Part shown: positions 9,501-20,000 of the stretch, in pieces
How the letters are laid out: the number at the start of each line of letters is the position of its first letter
How positions within the stretch are numbered: position 1 is the stretch's first letter
Virus record (IMG/VR): IMGVR_UViG_3300028833_000077
Length of the DNA stretch: 64,000 bases
Direction: 5' to 3' (one strand)
DNA from: a virus
Lineage: Duplodnaviria; Caudoviricetes
Notes under the pieces: model-generated
Database searches by the model: none
The model's input: the letters and a program-made list of their open reading frames with translations, nothing else
Told to the model about the DNA's origin: nothing
Position numbers and translations under genes: made by a program

Positions 9501-11023
9501 TTTGCCAAGTCTCTGCTTATTTTTGCTTCATCTGCAAGATCTTTTGCAAATTCAGGATCCATGCCAGCAGGCAGATTCTCAGGATCATCGAATGTTGCAA
9601 TCTCATCCAACAGTTCTGCATATCCTTCTGTTGCCTCAGTGATGCTTCTGCAGCATTTGGCAATTTCCCTAGCTGTTCTTATCTGGTCAAGACCATTCAC
9701 TTTATCCACCTCTTCTAACTCCTGGGTTCTAGTAGCCAGTTTAACGAACCTTACCTGACAATCCTTTATGAACATCATGATGCTGCTTGCTTGGTCAGCA
9801 ATGCTCTCACTCTCTGCAGCATTCCTAATGTCTATATGGCTTTTCGCAGAGTCTGTGGATACTCTGCCTGTCATGGAAGACTGCCTCTCTGACTTGATCA
9901 TTCCTGCATTGAGTGTCAAGGCAGCATTGGCCAGTTTTTCTACGGTGTTGAACTCCTCCTTTATCTTGTAAAGGGTCTTTGCATTGATAATGCTGTTCTT
10001 GTCTACAAGCCTGACTACCTCTCCTGATACTATCATATTATAGATTCCTGCAATGGAATCGTGGGCACGTTCTTGAGCATCCCTATACTTCTTGTTTGTA
10101 ATCTGAGAGAAGAATTCCTTAGCCCAATTCCACAGCCTCTGTAGTAGGGTCTGCCCTTTCTGCATAGTTTCAGGCTTTATGGTGCCCTTATTGGTAATAA
10201 ACTGTGCAAGCATTTGTCCTGCGGCTTCCTTCTTAAGCCTCATGGTGTCCCCATTATACTCATTGTAGTAATCTTCATACTTGCCCCCAAGTACTTCGTG
10301 CAGAACATCTTCATCAATAGTTCTAAGGAGTCTCTGTACTAATGGGTTTGTTATTAGCCCCTCTATAATGAGGTGACTGAACTCTTCAGGAAGGGCCTCT
10401 TCGCCAAGCTCTCCTTTTGCGATTTGTATAATCTGCAGCAGACCGTCTGAGAATGTTGCTTCTTCTGGGGCAAACATGCCAGCAAACTTAGGATCATTGA
10501 TGAAGCTTATGTCGAACCCCATAGACCTCAGTAGATTGAGCAGCTGATTATTTAGGGCATTATTAAATGATTGTTGCCTTGCAGCTTCAATGTTTGGGGC
10601 CGTCCTGTTCAACACTTTGATGGTATGCCCGTCTCCTGCCCTTTCCATGATTGCAACATAGTTTTCCTCTTTGGAGTTGAAATCATTGATTTTCTGGACA
10701 GCCTCTTGTTTAGAGAAAGTCTGTCCTTTGAAACCATAGTCTCTTGCTGCCTCTTCAGCACCCTTCTGGTGTTCATATGCATCCTCCAATCCAAGAGCCT
10801 TGATGAGAGAGGGGAAAGTCACTTCCCCTAACTCATCATACTCTACAGTACCTCCGTAGTCCCTCTTGAACTCGGAGGTCTTTGTATAGGCCCACATTCT
10901 CCAGGCACCGTCATTGTCCTGCACGGCAGCCTTTATGTCCTTGAATAACTTGCTTGGCACTTCCTCTATTTGAGTACCTTTCCTCCTGAACACCACAGGA
11001 GTCAGCTTACATGAATCACCCAT
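6530..11023 (-). CDS. Large virion cargo/ejection protein with degenerate zincin-like motif
   Basis: 1497 aa directly downstream of RNAP; LPEEFSHLIIE...KEAAGQ resembles HExxH...E; helical C-terminus with MQFRQW motif as in crAss large proteins. Confidence 0.7.
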   Translation of the reverse strand: MGDSCKLTPVVFRRKGTQIEEVPSKLFKDIKAAVQDNDGAWRMWAYTKTSEFKRDYGGTVEYDELGEVTFPSLIKALGLEDAYEHQKGAEEAARDYGFKGQTFSKQEAVQKINDFNSKEENYVAIMERAGDGHTIKVLNRTAPNIEAARQQSFNNALNNQLLNLLRSMGFDISFINDPKFAGMFAPEEATFSDGLLQIIQIAKGELGEEALPEEFSHLIIEGLITNPLVQRLLRTIDEDVLHEVLGGKYEDYYNEYNGDTMRLKKEAAGQMLAQFITNKGTIKPETMQKGQTLLQRLWNWAKEFFSQITNKKYRDAQERAHDSIAGIYNMIVSGEVVRLVDKNSIINAKTLYKIKEEFNTVEKLANAALTLNAGMIKSERQSSMTGRVSTDSAKSHIDIRNAAESESIADQASSIMMFIKDCQVRFVKLATRTQELEEVDKVNGLDQIRTAREIAKCCRSITEATEGYAELLDEIATFDDPENLPAGMDPEFAKDLADEAKISRDLANKLNKFAHDSAFNILYAVSRTVYAEDTVRGIGSRRNEVMSLKEILEHAEKDINLVDRWLSALSDADDSLLTLFDAIVKNQQYHRDMEMIDINARISMEDDKLRRAGFSSDFMLEKDSEEVPTGRIISIYDWETYNQELYAKQQELRDAGITGEKYRAALQKWKNKIDKEGNKRLIPIFINKEVEDYYNSHKNDLSKTMRKYPEAVYEMVPNPAVYSKYADRIERLAPAQRDYYNAMIELKKEMMCKIPHRGQAIYRAIYISKDFVEGILDNSTGNIAKATKEQFVRKFSRRPDDIGFGTNEDFQKTIEEIILREENEQKAAVEIINTLADATDEDIHSVINPRDIRRVIKLFKRNAKSSNEKFSSVASDCAKEILSRISSENFYLVDTDFAHHRIQKLPIYYTRRLKDMKMLSTDFSGCMTAYSAMAVNYEKMNEVVDIIEVGRDYVRDQRTFWENKGNGPLYSRFQAFDRIYKGFVERAGNGTNTIDRLDDYVDSVIYEERKEDMGGLEAFGVNIDYAKTLDAIKDYTGLLGLGLNLFSTLSNVAVGKIQQWIEAAGGEYFGAQDYAKAVRQYGALLPGCMAEIAEPVKKNKLSLLIQMFDPMGDYYDSLRDTHHSQHILSRILGNNALGFIGMNAGEHILHCQTMLAILNATKLVYTKDTNGHKAGEKISLYDALKVVKDDRGIYKLELEENLAYEKDVIDLSGGTYKDDKGRVFSKNPNYGKPVRDENGRIKKETVALKNLSDNATQRYIFKKKKVIRKVNDSLNGAFGVNDKGAIHKKAWGRLIMQFRQWMPAHYMRRFAGAHYDADLEQWREGYYVTVYKFMQQLSKDIIKGQAEFNKAYIEGKLGPHELANIRRACAEVSLFMMLLTLVRLGGKVKDYDRSWLNKMALYQIRRMYLEVGASVPGPMFFKNLITLMQQPAAAVSTFDRMRKMVEIYNIFDEVQTGRYQGWSEYSRDAFQATPYLPQIYKAIDFDDSMFSMFEKDD

Positions 11024-11026
11024 TGT

Positions 11027-14000
11027 CTATCCTTTCTTACATTTATTCTGTTCCTCAAAGATTCTTTCTATCTCTTGTTCAATTTTAGAAATGTCCATGT
11101 CCATGGCTTTTGCCAGCTGTTCCTTGAACTTTGCATTAACCTTTCTTGCAGCCATTGCCCTCTCAGAGCCTTCTTTGCTTGAAAGCAGGTCATTGAACAA
11201 TCCCAGCACTTCATTGTCCTTATTCCTCTTTGCCTCCTTATAGGACTCTTGTAGAAGCTTTCTATAGGCCTTCTCTTGAGGAGAGTTTCCAGACAAGAAG
11301 GGGAGGTCCAAATGCTTCAATTTGCTTCTCATGCTTTCCTGCTGTTCTTGCTGGGGCTCATAGACCTCATCTCCTGCCTGTCTTTGGGTATCATCCGATT
11401 CCTCTTGGGACTCATCCTCAATGCCTGATACGCCCCTTAAGGCTTCAAAGTAGGATTCCATGATAGTACCGTCAGTTCCAAGATTGGCATTATATTCAAT
11501 GAAGTTTTTTACAAGACCCAACTCACTTGTCTTTGTGTATTTGATGACAAGGCCTGTGCCTGTCTGCTGCACTTTTCCTCCTGTATCGTCAAGCCTGTAT
11601 AGGTCTGAGAACAATTTGGTGCCTATCTTGGTGATTACTGTAATATATTGTTGTGGCGTATCTTCGCTGACCATCACATCATGCAAAGCGGACTTCTTTC
11701 CTTTTTCAGGTATGCTGACAGTTACAGTATCACCCATCACAGAGATTCTTTTGTCATTGTACTGCAGGGTAGGAATGAGTGACCGATTGTTTGGATGGTT
11801 CCTGATAAACTGGTCGAGGAAGTTTCTAATGTGCTTCATGCCATCAATACTGCTTCCCATAAGGGCTTCATCAACAGCCTTGATGTTGCGTAATCCCTCA
11901 ATATACCCCAGATATTCCTTTGAGCCTGTTCTGGCGGAGTCATACTTGGCTCCCATCTTGACAATCATAGATGCCAGGTGCATAAGTGTTCTGGGGTTGA
12001 ATCCGAAACCATTCCTCATAAGAGTATAGAAGAACAGGTCTACCCCAAATCGCCGTATCTGGTCATTCTGCTCATCATAAAGATTGGGGTCACTGTAGGT
12101 GATCAAGTCAGACCATGCCCTTTTTATCTTCTCTTGCATATCGGTCCCCATTTGTCCACCTTCAAATACTAGAATATCAGTGCCTATGTAATCATCCTTC
12201 TTCCTGACCCTAAGGCAGCTGCCTGCCAACGTCTGGTCAAGAATAAGATTAGGTCTTCTTCCTCTAATGGAGGCTACTTGGTTGAAGCTGTCAATCAATT
12301 CCACGACCAGCCTGTCCTTCGACCTATTGTCTGTTGGTATCGTAGGAAGGAACTCCCTCTCGCCTACTTTGCCTTCAAAAGTCAACAGATAGTAGAGATA
12401 GTCATCTAACAGTTGGTTATACAGCTTGCTGCTTACTTTTCCCTTCTTGGTGAAATTCTCCTTAAAGTATTTCAACATATTGCCAAATCCCTTGAAATAA
12501 TGTGGGAAGAAATTCCTGAATATCCTCTGGGAGGCACCATCCTCATCAATGGTTGTCTTGTAGAACGCATGAAGGATGGGATCGTTGAGGATTACATCTG
12601 CAGGGTTTGTGAAGCCATTGGCATCTTTACCTACTATAACTTCTCCCGTATCCTCATCTACCTCACTGCTGACATTCTCAGGAACGTAGAATACACTCTT
12701 GGTGTTTGCTTGGAACCTTTCCACCCTTGACTGATCCTCTAAAGTATCTGCTATGGTTGGACCCACGGCATTTGTAACAGAATTGAACTTGGTGCAGAAA
12801 GTCAGCTCCTGAAGGTCTGTTGCTATTGAGAATAAGCTGTTGAATGCAACTAGAATCTGTTTTTGGAATTCAAGTTTGCTTTCATCAGCACCTTCTTCCA
12901 TAAAATCACTGTCTGCAAGATGCTTGAGAAGGTTCTCCCTAGTAAGGGTTCTCCTGTCTTGAATGCCTGCTTCATAGGGATTCCTCAGTATTCCCTCGCT
13001 GCTGGTGTCCATATTGAGTTGTTCAGCAAGGGCATTGATTGCTGTAGTACCACTGTAATAACCATCGGTCTTCTCCCTAAAGTACAAATCTGAGAGTTCC
13101 ATGATGATGGGCTGGGAAAGGAACAGTCCTATTACTTCAGTATCAAAGCCAAGCCTTGCAAGAGCCATGGCAATGCCTCCAGTGAAGGTGTTGACATTCA
13201 TATCGGCCAATGTCGGGTCTTTTGCAGTATCCACTGAAGCTGCCAAGAAAGATGCTATGGTCTTGCTGATAAGCTGGCCATTGAAACCTTTTTGCCTATC
13301 CAGAACAGCAATGATGCTTGGAGTGGAGGTATCACCTATCGCTATGCCATCGAATACAAAAGACTTGTCTTCGTCTTTCATAAGGTCTATGCCTACTTTT
13401 TGGAATGTCATGAAGGCATGTGACACATTGTTATTGGCAAAGATACCTACCATCTGGGTGCCTTGCATATTCTGCCTTTGAAAGTATATCTTGCTCATCG
13501 GCAAGGTTACACTATGGGGATCTGCACCTTCAAGCAGGGCATCTAAGGCTCCAATGGCTGCATCTACACCATCCCTGCTTACAGTACGTTCATAGAGCGA
13601 CTGTAATTCATTTCTGGTCCACATCTTCCCAGTGTCAGGATTGATGACCTTGCTTTTAATGATCTTGATGATTCTTCCGACCCTCTTCTGTTCATTGAAG
13701 TTACCTGGGTTCAGCATCTTGGATACCGTGTCCTCATGGGTAAGTACGGCCCACTGCAAGTCAAGGAGCCTATTATTTCTTGCCTCCCTTGCCTTTCTCG
13801 GACTGGTACTCTTCCTATCAGTATACTCGGTAAAGGAGGTACTAAGAATCCTGTCTCTATACCACTCGACAAAGTTACCAAAGCCATCGCTGGTCTTCAC
13901 ATTGTAGTCCAATGTGATGGACTTGTCCCCTTTGAGTATCTTCTCTGCGTTTGAGAGCAGCTGCCTTACTCTGTCTTGGAAATCCTCCATACTCTTATCA

Positions 14001-17000
14001 CCATGGTATTCACCCATCAACTTGTTTACAGTACCCTTGCCGGTATCCTTCAACTCTACTCCGAAAGACTTTAGCATAATATACATCTTGTCTATATCGA
14101 AGTCAGAACCTGTAAGATAGGTAATTTCCTGTGGCATCATGATTGCCTGACCTGCAGCCTTAGGAAGGAATCCCATTATCTTCAGAGGCAACATAGAATA
14201 TTTGTCCTCAGTTGGGATACGATAACCTATTACTTCTGTAAGGGACTTCCATACTTCGGGGTCAAGCTTCTCTTTTGCCTCCTCATAAGACATTATGGTA
14301 CCATCTGGCTTGACAAGGAGCCTTTCAAGCTCTGCATTTGGTATGGATAGATAGCATTCAAAGTAGGCTATTCCAGCCTGATTGTCTTTAAGGAATTTCT
14401 CATACTCTTCTATAGACTTGCCATACTCTGAGAAAGTTGGAAGGATTCTTCCATCCTTGCCCTTGAATTTAATGTGCAGATTCTTGTCATAGGCAGTGGT
14501 CTGTACTACAGGACCTCCCTTGATTTTTTGCTTATTGATGGTTTTCTTAATGACAGAGTTGATAAGCATTTGGATTCTCTTGGACTGTATCGGGTCCATG
14601 AGTGGGACATTGAAGTCAATAACAGTGTCCATATTGTACTCAAGACTACAGGAGCGCATCATATCAATGCCATATTTGGCATCTTTGGCCAGTTCTTTCT
14701 GGAGCATAAATGCTACCTTCTTGAATACACTGTCACGGTCAGCAGGTGACATCTTATCCATATCAGGCAAAGAAACCCTTACCTTCTTGCCGTCATCCAT
14801 CTTGACAATCTGATCAAGTCCAAGCTCTATCATTAAGTCATTGAAGGATGCTTCTATGTTTTCAGCATGAAGACTCTTGTATTCATCTATAAGCTCTTCT
14901 GCAGTCATCTTCTCCCCACGTACTTCAAAGATGGTCTCATGCCCCTTGGTGCTCGGAGTGATGTCAGATATACCTAGAATCCTGATTTGCGAACCATACA
15001 GCTGCTCATGATCAAGTAGGTGGGCAGGTACTTCCTGCTGTATAATGTAGTCATCTACAGGAATTGTATCGACATACTGCATGTTATAGACAGTCTCTCC
15101 TGCCGACAGCAGACCCTCGCTCTTAAGGCGGGCTTCCTCCAAAAGGTCTTGCCCTTTCATATGTGGCTTTGCAGAATCTCCCTTTCTAATATGTTTCATA
15201 AGGAATTCCTTCAACAGACTGTTGTAATCTGCTTCAGTCACTTTTCCTCCTTTTGTCCCAAACACATCCTTACAGTCCCCATCATAGGCAGACTGATCAT
15301 CAAGTGCTAGAATCTTGTTGAACTCCTCATCAAAATGATTGATGTCTATAACACCTGAAACACCTACCTTACCCACTGATTGGAAATGGACGGTATCAAT
15401 ACCTTGGCGGCCATCACCGAACTTATGAGTTGCCTCCATAAAGTCAGAGATGGCAGCTAGCTTATTTCTGTTGCCTGAGCTTCTTGAAAGGGCTTCTGCA
15501 AGAATAATGAGGTACTCTGAGTTTTTATCCTGTAATGGGGTCTTACGTAAGGTCATTGTAGGAGATCCAGAATACTTTGCCATCTCAGAGGCTACAAGTG
15601 GTTTGGTAGGTTGCATCAGTACTCCAAGATGATAGGCATTGAATTTACCACTCGCAACAGCGTTATAGGCCTCTTCACGCTCATCACTCCATTCTCCCAT
15701 AAGCTGAAGCTTCTTCTTCATGGAGGAAATACTGCTGAAGGATTGTCCGTCAGTTGCATTAATCTCCTTGAAGCCTTTGGTAATGAACTTGACCATCACC
15801 TCAAAGTCCTTTCTTTCTTGTGGGTTGGTGAGGGTGGCAAGCTGTCTACCGAGAGCAACCTCTGCATTGGTCATTATCTCAGACATGATATTATGGTCTG
15901 AGATGTGTACACTACGCAGGTATCCGTCATCTATCTCCTCATCATGCATCATATGAAGACCTGGAGAGTGAATCATGGCAATACGCTTCTGGTAATTGAC
16001 AGAGTTACCATAGTATGCCAAGTCTCCACCAGTAATCTGTATGATGTTGATATTAGCGGCTATATCTTGCCAGATAAACTCACGGAGGTCCTTCTCCATG
16101 GACTTACGTGTCATCTCCTTGCCTATCTTGCCATCAAACTCTTCCCAGTATCTTAGGATTGTCCTGGTATCGTCACCCTTACCTGTTTTGATTTCTTTTG
16201 TTGCAAAGAGACCGATTCTTTCCATCTCCCTGATTTCAGCGTCCTCTATCCTCTGCATGTTCTCACGTATGAGTTGTTCTACAGTATTGTTGAGGTTGAT
16301 TTGGTCAGACAGATTGGTTAGTTGTCTTCTTCTTTCTTCATGCTTACTGTCATTAGGTGTCAGAAGAATGTTGACCCTAGTGGCAATCGAGTCAGCCATA
16401 CTTTTGTCCGATTCCAAACTTTGGGCAATCTCATTGTTAAGATACCATAGGAAATGGAACTTGGCTCCTGATGTCACTTTCCCAAGTCTTACCAAATCTT
16501 CCGCTGTAATGGCAGAATTTCTAATTCTTTCCTTCAAGGACGCAATCTCTTCAGGGCTATAGCCAGCTTTCTTAAGCTTTTTGATTGTCAAGTCCATCTG
16601 GTCTGTAGCGACGGTGTCTGTCACAAAATGATAGAGTACATCTGCTATTCTATTCATCTCCTGCTTGAACGTAGGAAGAAGAACTCTCTTGACAATCTCA
16701 TCCTTATATGACATACTGTCTCCATATTTCAGCATCCTGACAAATTCATTGACAGGTTTATTTGACATGGTAGGCATTGCAAACCATCTTGTATTTGATG
16801 GATCATCTTTAGTGCCAAAATAGTTGTGTAGGATAGAGAGCATGAATCCAAGTGACCCTAGATCCCTATATTGGTTTCCCAGATAAGTAAGTTCCACTTT
16901 GTGATCGAGTGCCTGTCGTGCTGCAGGATTATCACTGTCTAATTGGGCAAGCAGGTCATTCATCCAATTCTCTCCCTCAATATCCTTAAACCAACCACGG

Positions 17001-20000
17001 TATCTTCCAAAGCTCCTTTCAAGATATCTACCGAATTTTGTCTCAGTATTCTCATAATCAAGAGGGCTATATGTATCCATTGCATCCTTTAGGTTACGAA
17101 TGATATGCCCAAGCCTGGATGGGTTGGTATAGGAATAATAGGTCTTTCCATCTTGATAGACAGATGCTTCTACTACAGACTGTACACTGCCAGATAGTTT
17201 GTTGATAAGGTCTTTGTAAGGGCCAAAGGCATCCAAACCTTTGAGTCCCATAGGAATGCTGCCGTTCTTGCTAAGTCCTTCATTTTGAGCCGACAGTCTT
17301 GAGAGTATGTCATACCCATTGTTATCGTTCCTCTTTATGAATTGAAGGAGGATATTAAGGTTGCTCTTGGTATAGCTTCTTGAAGGTTTTGACAGAAGGC
17401 AGTTCAAGACAACATCCTCGGAGACCATAATACCTACTCCGTGGAGTATGGCAGTTAGGTCCTTTACCATACTATGTCCCTTGATATCCTCTGCAATTAG
17501 CTGTCCGGCAATATAGTCTTGGAACTCATCTGACTTCTTGTCACCATTGAATCCAGGATGCTTCTTATACAAGTCCTTGCCTTTTTCCCTTAAAGCACTG
17601 ACAGCCTTTTCTATCCTTCCGGCCACAGAACCTCCCTTACTGCTTTTGGTAAGGATATTCTTACCGTCTTTATTGGAGATAAGGGATTCCCCCTCCCATG
17701 TACCGACACTACCTGCAGTAAAGTCAGCTCTTAGTGAGTCAAGCATGGTCTGAGTGGCAGACTTCATGTTAATGACTTCAGTAACCACTACTTTCTGACC
17801 AGTCTTCTTGTCTAACACTACCTTTGATATACTATAGGTAAGGGCGTCTTTTCTGAAATTGCGGAAGAATTTCCTTCTAAGATTGTCATTACTCTCAAGT
17901 CTCTGGATAAGCTCATTTATCCATCTGTTCTTTGGGTTATTGGCCAAACTCCTCATAGCCTCAAGCATCTCCTCAAAGTCCTCACAGTCCTTACATGCCT
18001 CCAAGATGGTTTGAGTGGCAGTAGTTCCATCCATGAACATTGGTAATTCCCAACCATACGGGTCATAGACAATCTCACCATTCTCATCTAGTAGGACAAT
18101 ATCCTCAAACAGTCTTTTGATTTCCTTTGCCAAGGAAGACCTTGGGGAATGGTGCCTCTGGTCAAACATCCATGCTTCCGTATCTGTTAGTCCTTCTGCA
18201 AACTTGTCTAAGAAGTCGTCTACAGCCTCATTATCACCTTCGTCTTCTTTAGCATACTCGCTATCTATCTGAATCTCTGCAGCAGAGGCGGCATTTAGCA
18301 GTTGGGAATCTTTTTCTTTCATGACAGGCATCAGAAAGTCCTCCAATGCCAGTAACCTTGCACTTCCCAAACGGATGAATTGACTCCTATGGTCTATAAG
18401 CCACTTTGCTTTTTTGTTTTGAAGCTGAGCATCCTTAAAGTCTTGTTCATAAAACTCGACTCCTGCTTCTTCACATTCTTCCCTAAACCACTCTTCACTG
18501 AAGTCAGGGTCATACCTATCAGCTATCCTGTCATTGAATACAAAATCAATAACCTTCATAATGCCCTCACCTGGCTTCCCATTTCCCAATATCCTGCAGA
18601 TTTCCAAGTGGCTTTTTCCATGCAAAGGGGAAGACTTCCCCTCTTCAGCTATACTGAGAGGTATCTCCTCAAATTCGGAACCAGCAGACAGATAGTCCAG
18701 AGTCTTGGAAACCATATGCATCATCCAGTCCGCCACTTCTTGTATCTCCTGCTCTCCCATGAGTTCTGGATTGCTTCCTATGTCACTGTCTGCAAGTCTT
18801 ACAGTACCTTGTGCAGTATGCATTGCCTTTATTTTACCTGCAAACCATTCCATAGCATTACGATCTTCCTTTGATGCAAGTACCAGCTGCTTCTCGTATG
18901 TGACTGCTTCCATATCCTTAAGTACACCTTGTTTTGGTCCTCTAAGTGCAGCAAGCTCTTCAGACATGACGAAGTGCTCGTTATCATTGGTTGCCTTAAC
19001 ATGCAATCTGGGCTCAATGTATAATAGCTCTTTGTCAGAAAAGGCTTCTGAAACGGCTGGATTATTCTGCTCTTCGGCATACTCACCTAAAGTCTGTTCT
19101 GTTCCTGCAATATACAAACCATGGGTTTCTATTGTATCTTTGTCTTTATAGTCCAGCTCGACAATGTCATATATTTTATCTTCAGGATTTTCATTTTTGT
19201 CTCCCTTGTCCGTTGAATCATACCAAGTATCTACAAGCACTACATAAGGAGTATCATCTACTTGGAGACCATATGATTGCAGCATCCTGTTGTACCTAGT
19301 AATCTGCTTACCATACTCTACACCACTTTTGAACTGGTCATTCAGTACAGTAAAGTAGCCTTCTGCATTGGTCATCTTGGCAGTCTTCAAGTCAAGTGTG
19401 TGCACTATTCCTTCACTGTCTACTACTAGGAAGTCAGGTTTTCCTACAACCCACTCACCTTCATTCTTGCCAAACAGCCTTATGTCTCCTGCAAATACTT
19501 TGCATCCCGGCCACTCCTCTTCAAGCTGTTCTTGCAAAGCCTTGAAATCTTGTATAAGATTTTTGAGACCTTGAACAGAGAACATCTTTTCCAGATAGCT
19601 GTTGATTATTTCTTGAAGAAATTCATCTTCTTTTAAATTTCCGTCCTTGTCCCAAATGGTCACATTCTTACCATAGATCTTTATGCCTTCCTTACTAAAG
19701 AAAAGCCTTCCAACCCTATCTACCTGAGTACCTATTGGAGCCGCCATTACAGGAAAAGCAACGTCAGACTGGTCTCCATGTACATCGTAGCTGACAGTAG
19801 TAGCCAGAATTTCCTTACCGTTGTAGCTGTATTTATGTCTCCCTGTAGGTTTCCATTTTTCATTAGGCCTCTCTCCTTTATGTACATATTTCAAGTCACC
19901 ATATTGATCTGTATATTCGGTGGCTATCCAGGTACTCTCAAGGTTTTGGATATTCTCTATAGCCTTTAGTGTTCTGTCTTGCCTAGAAGGTTTTTCTGTT

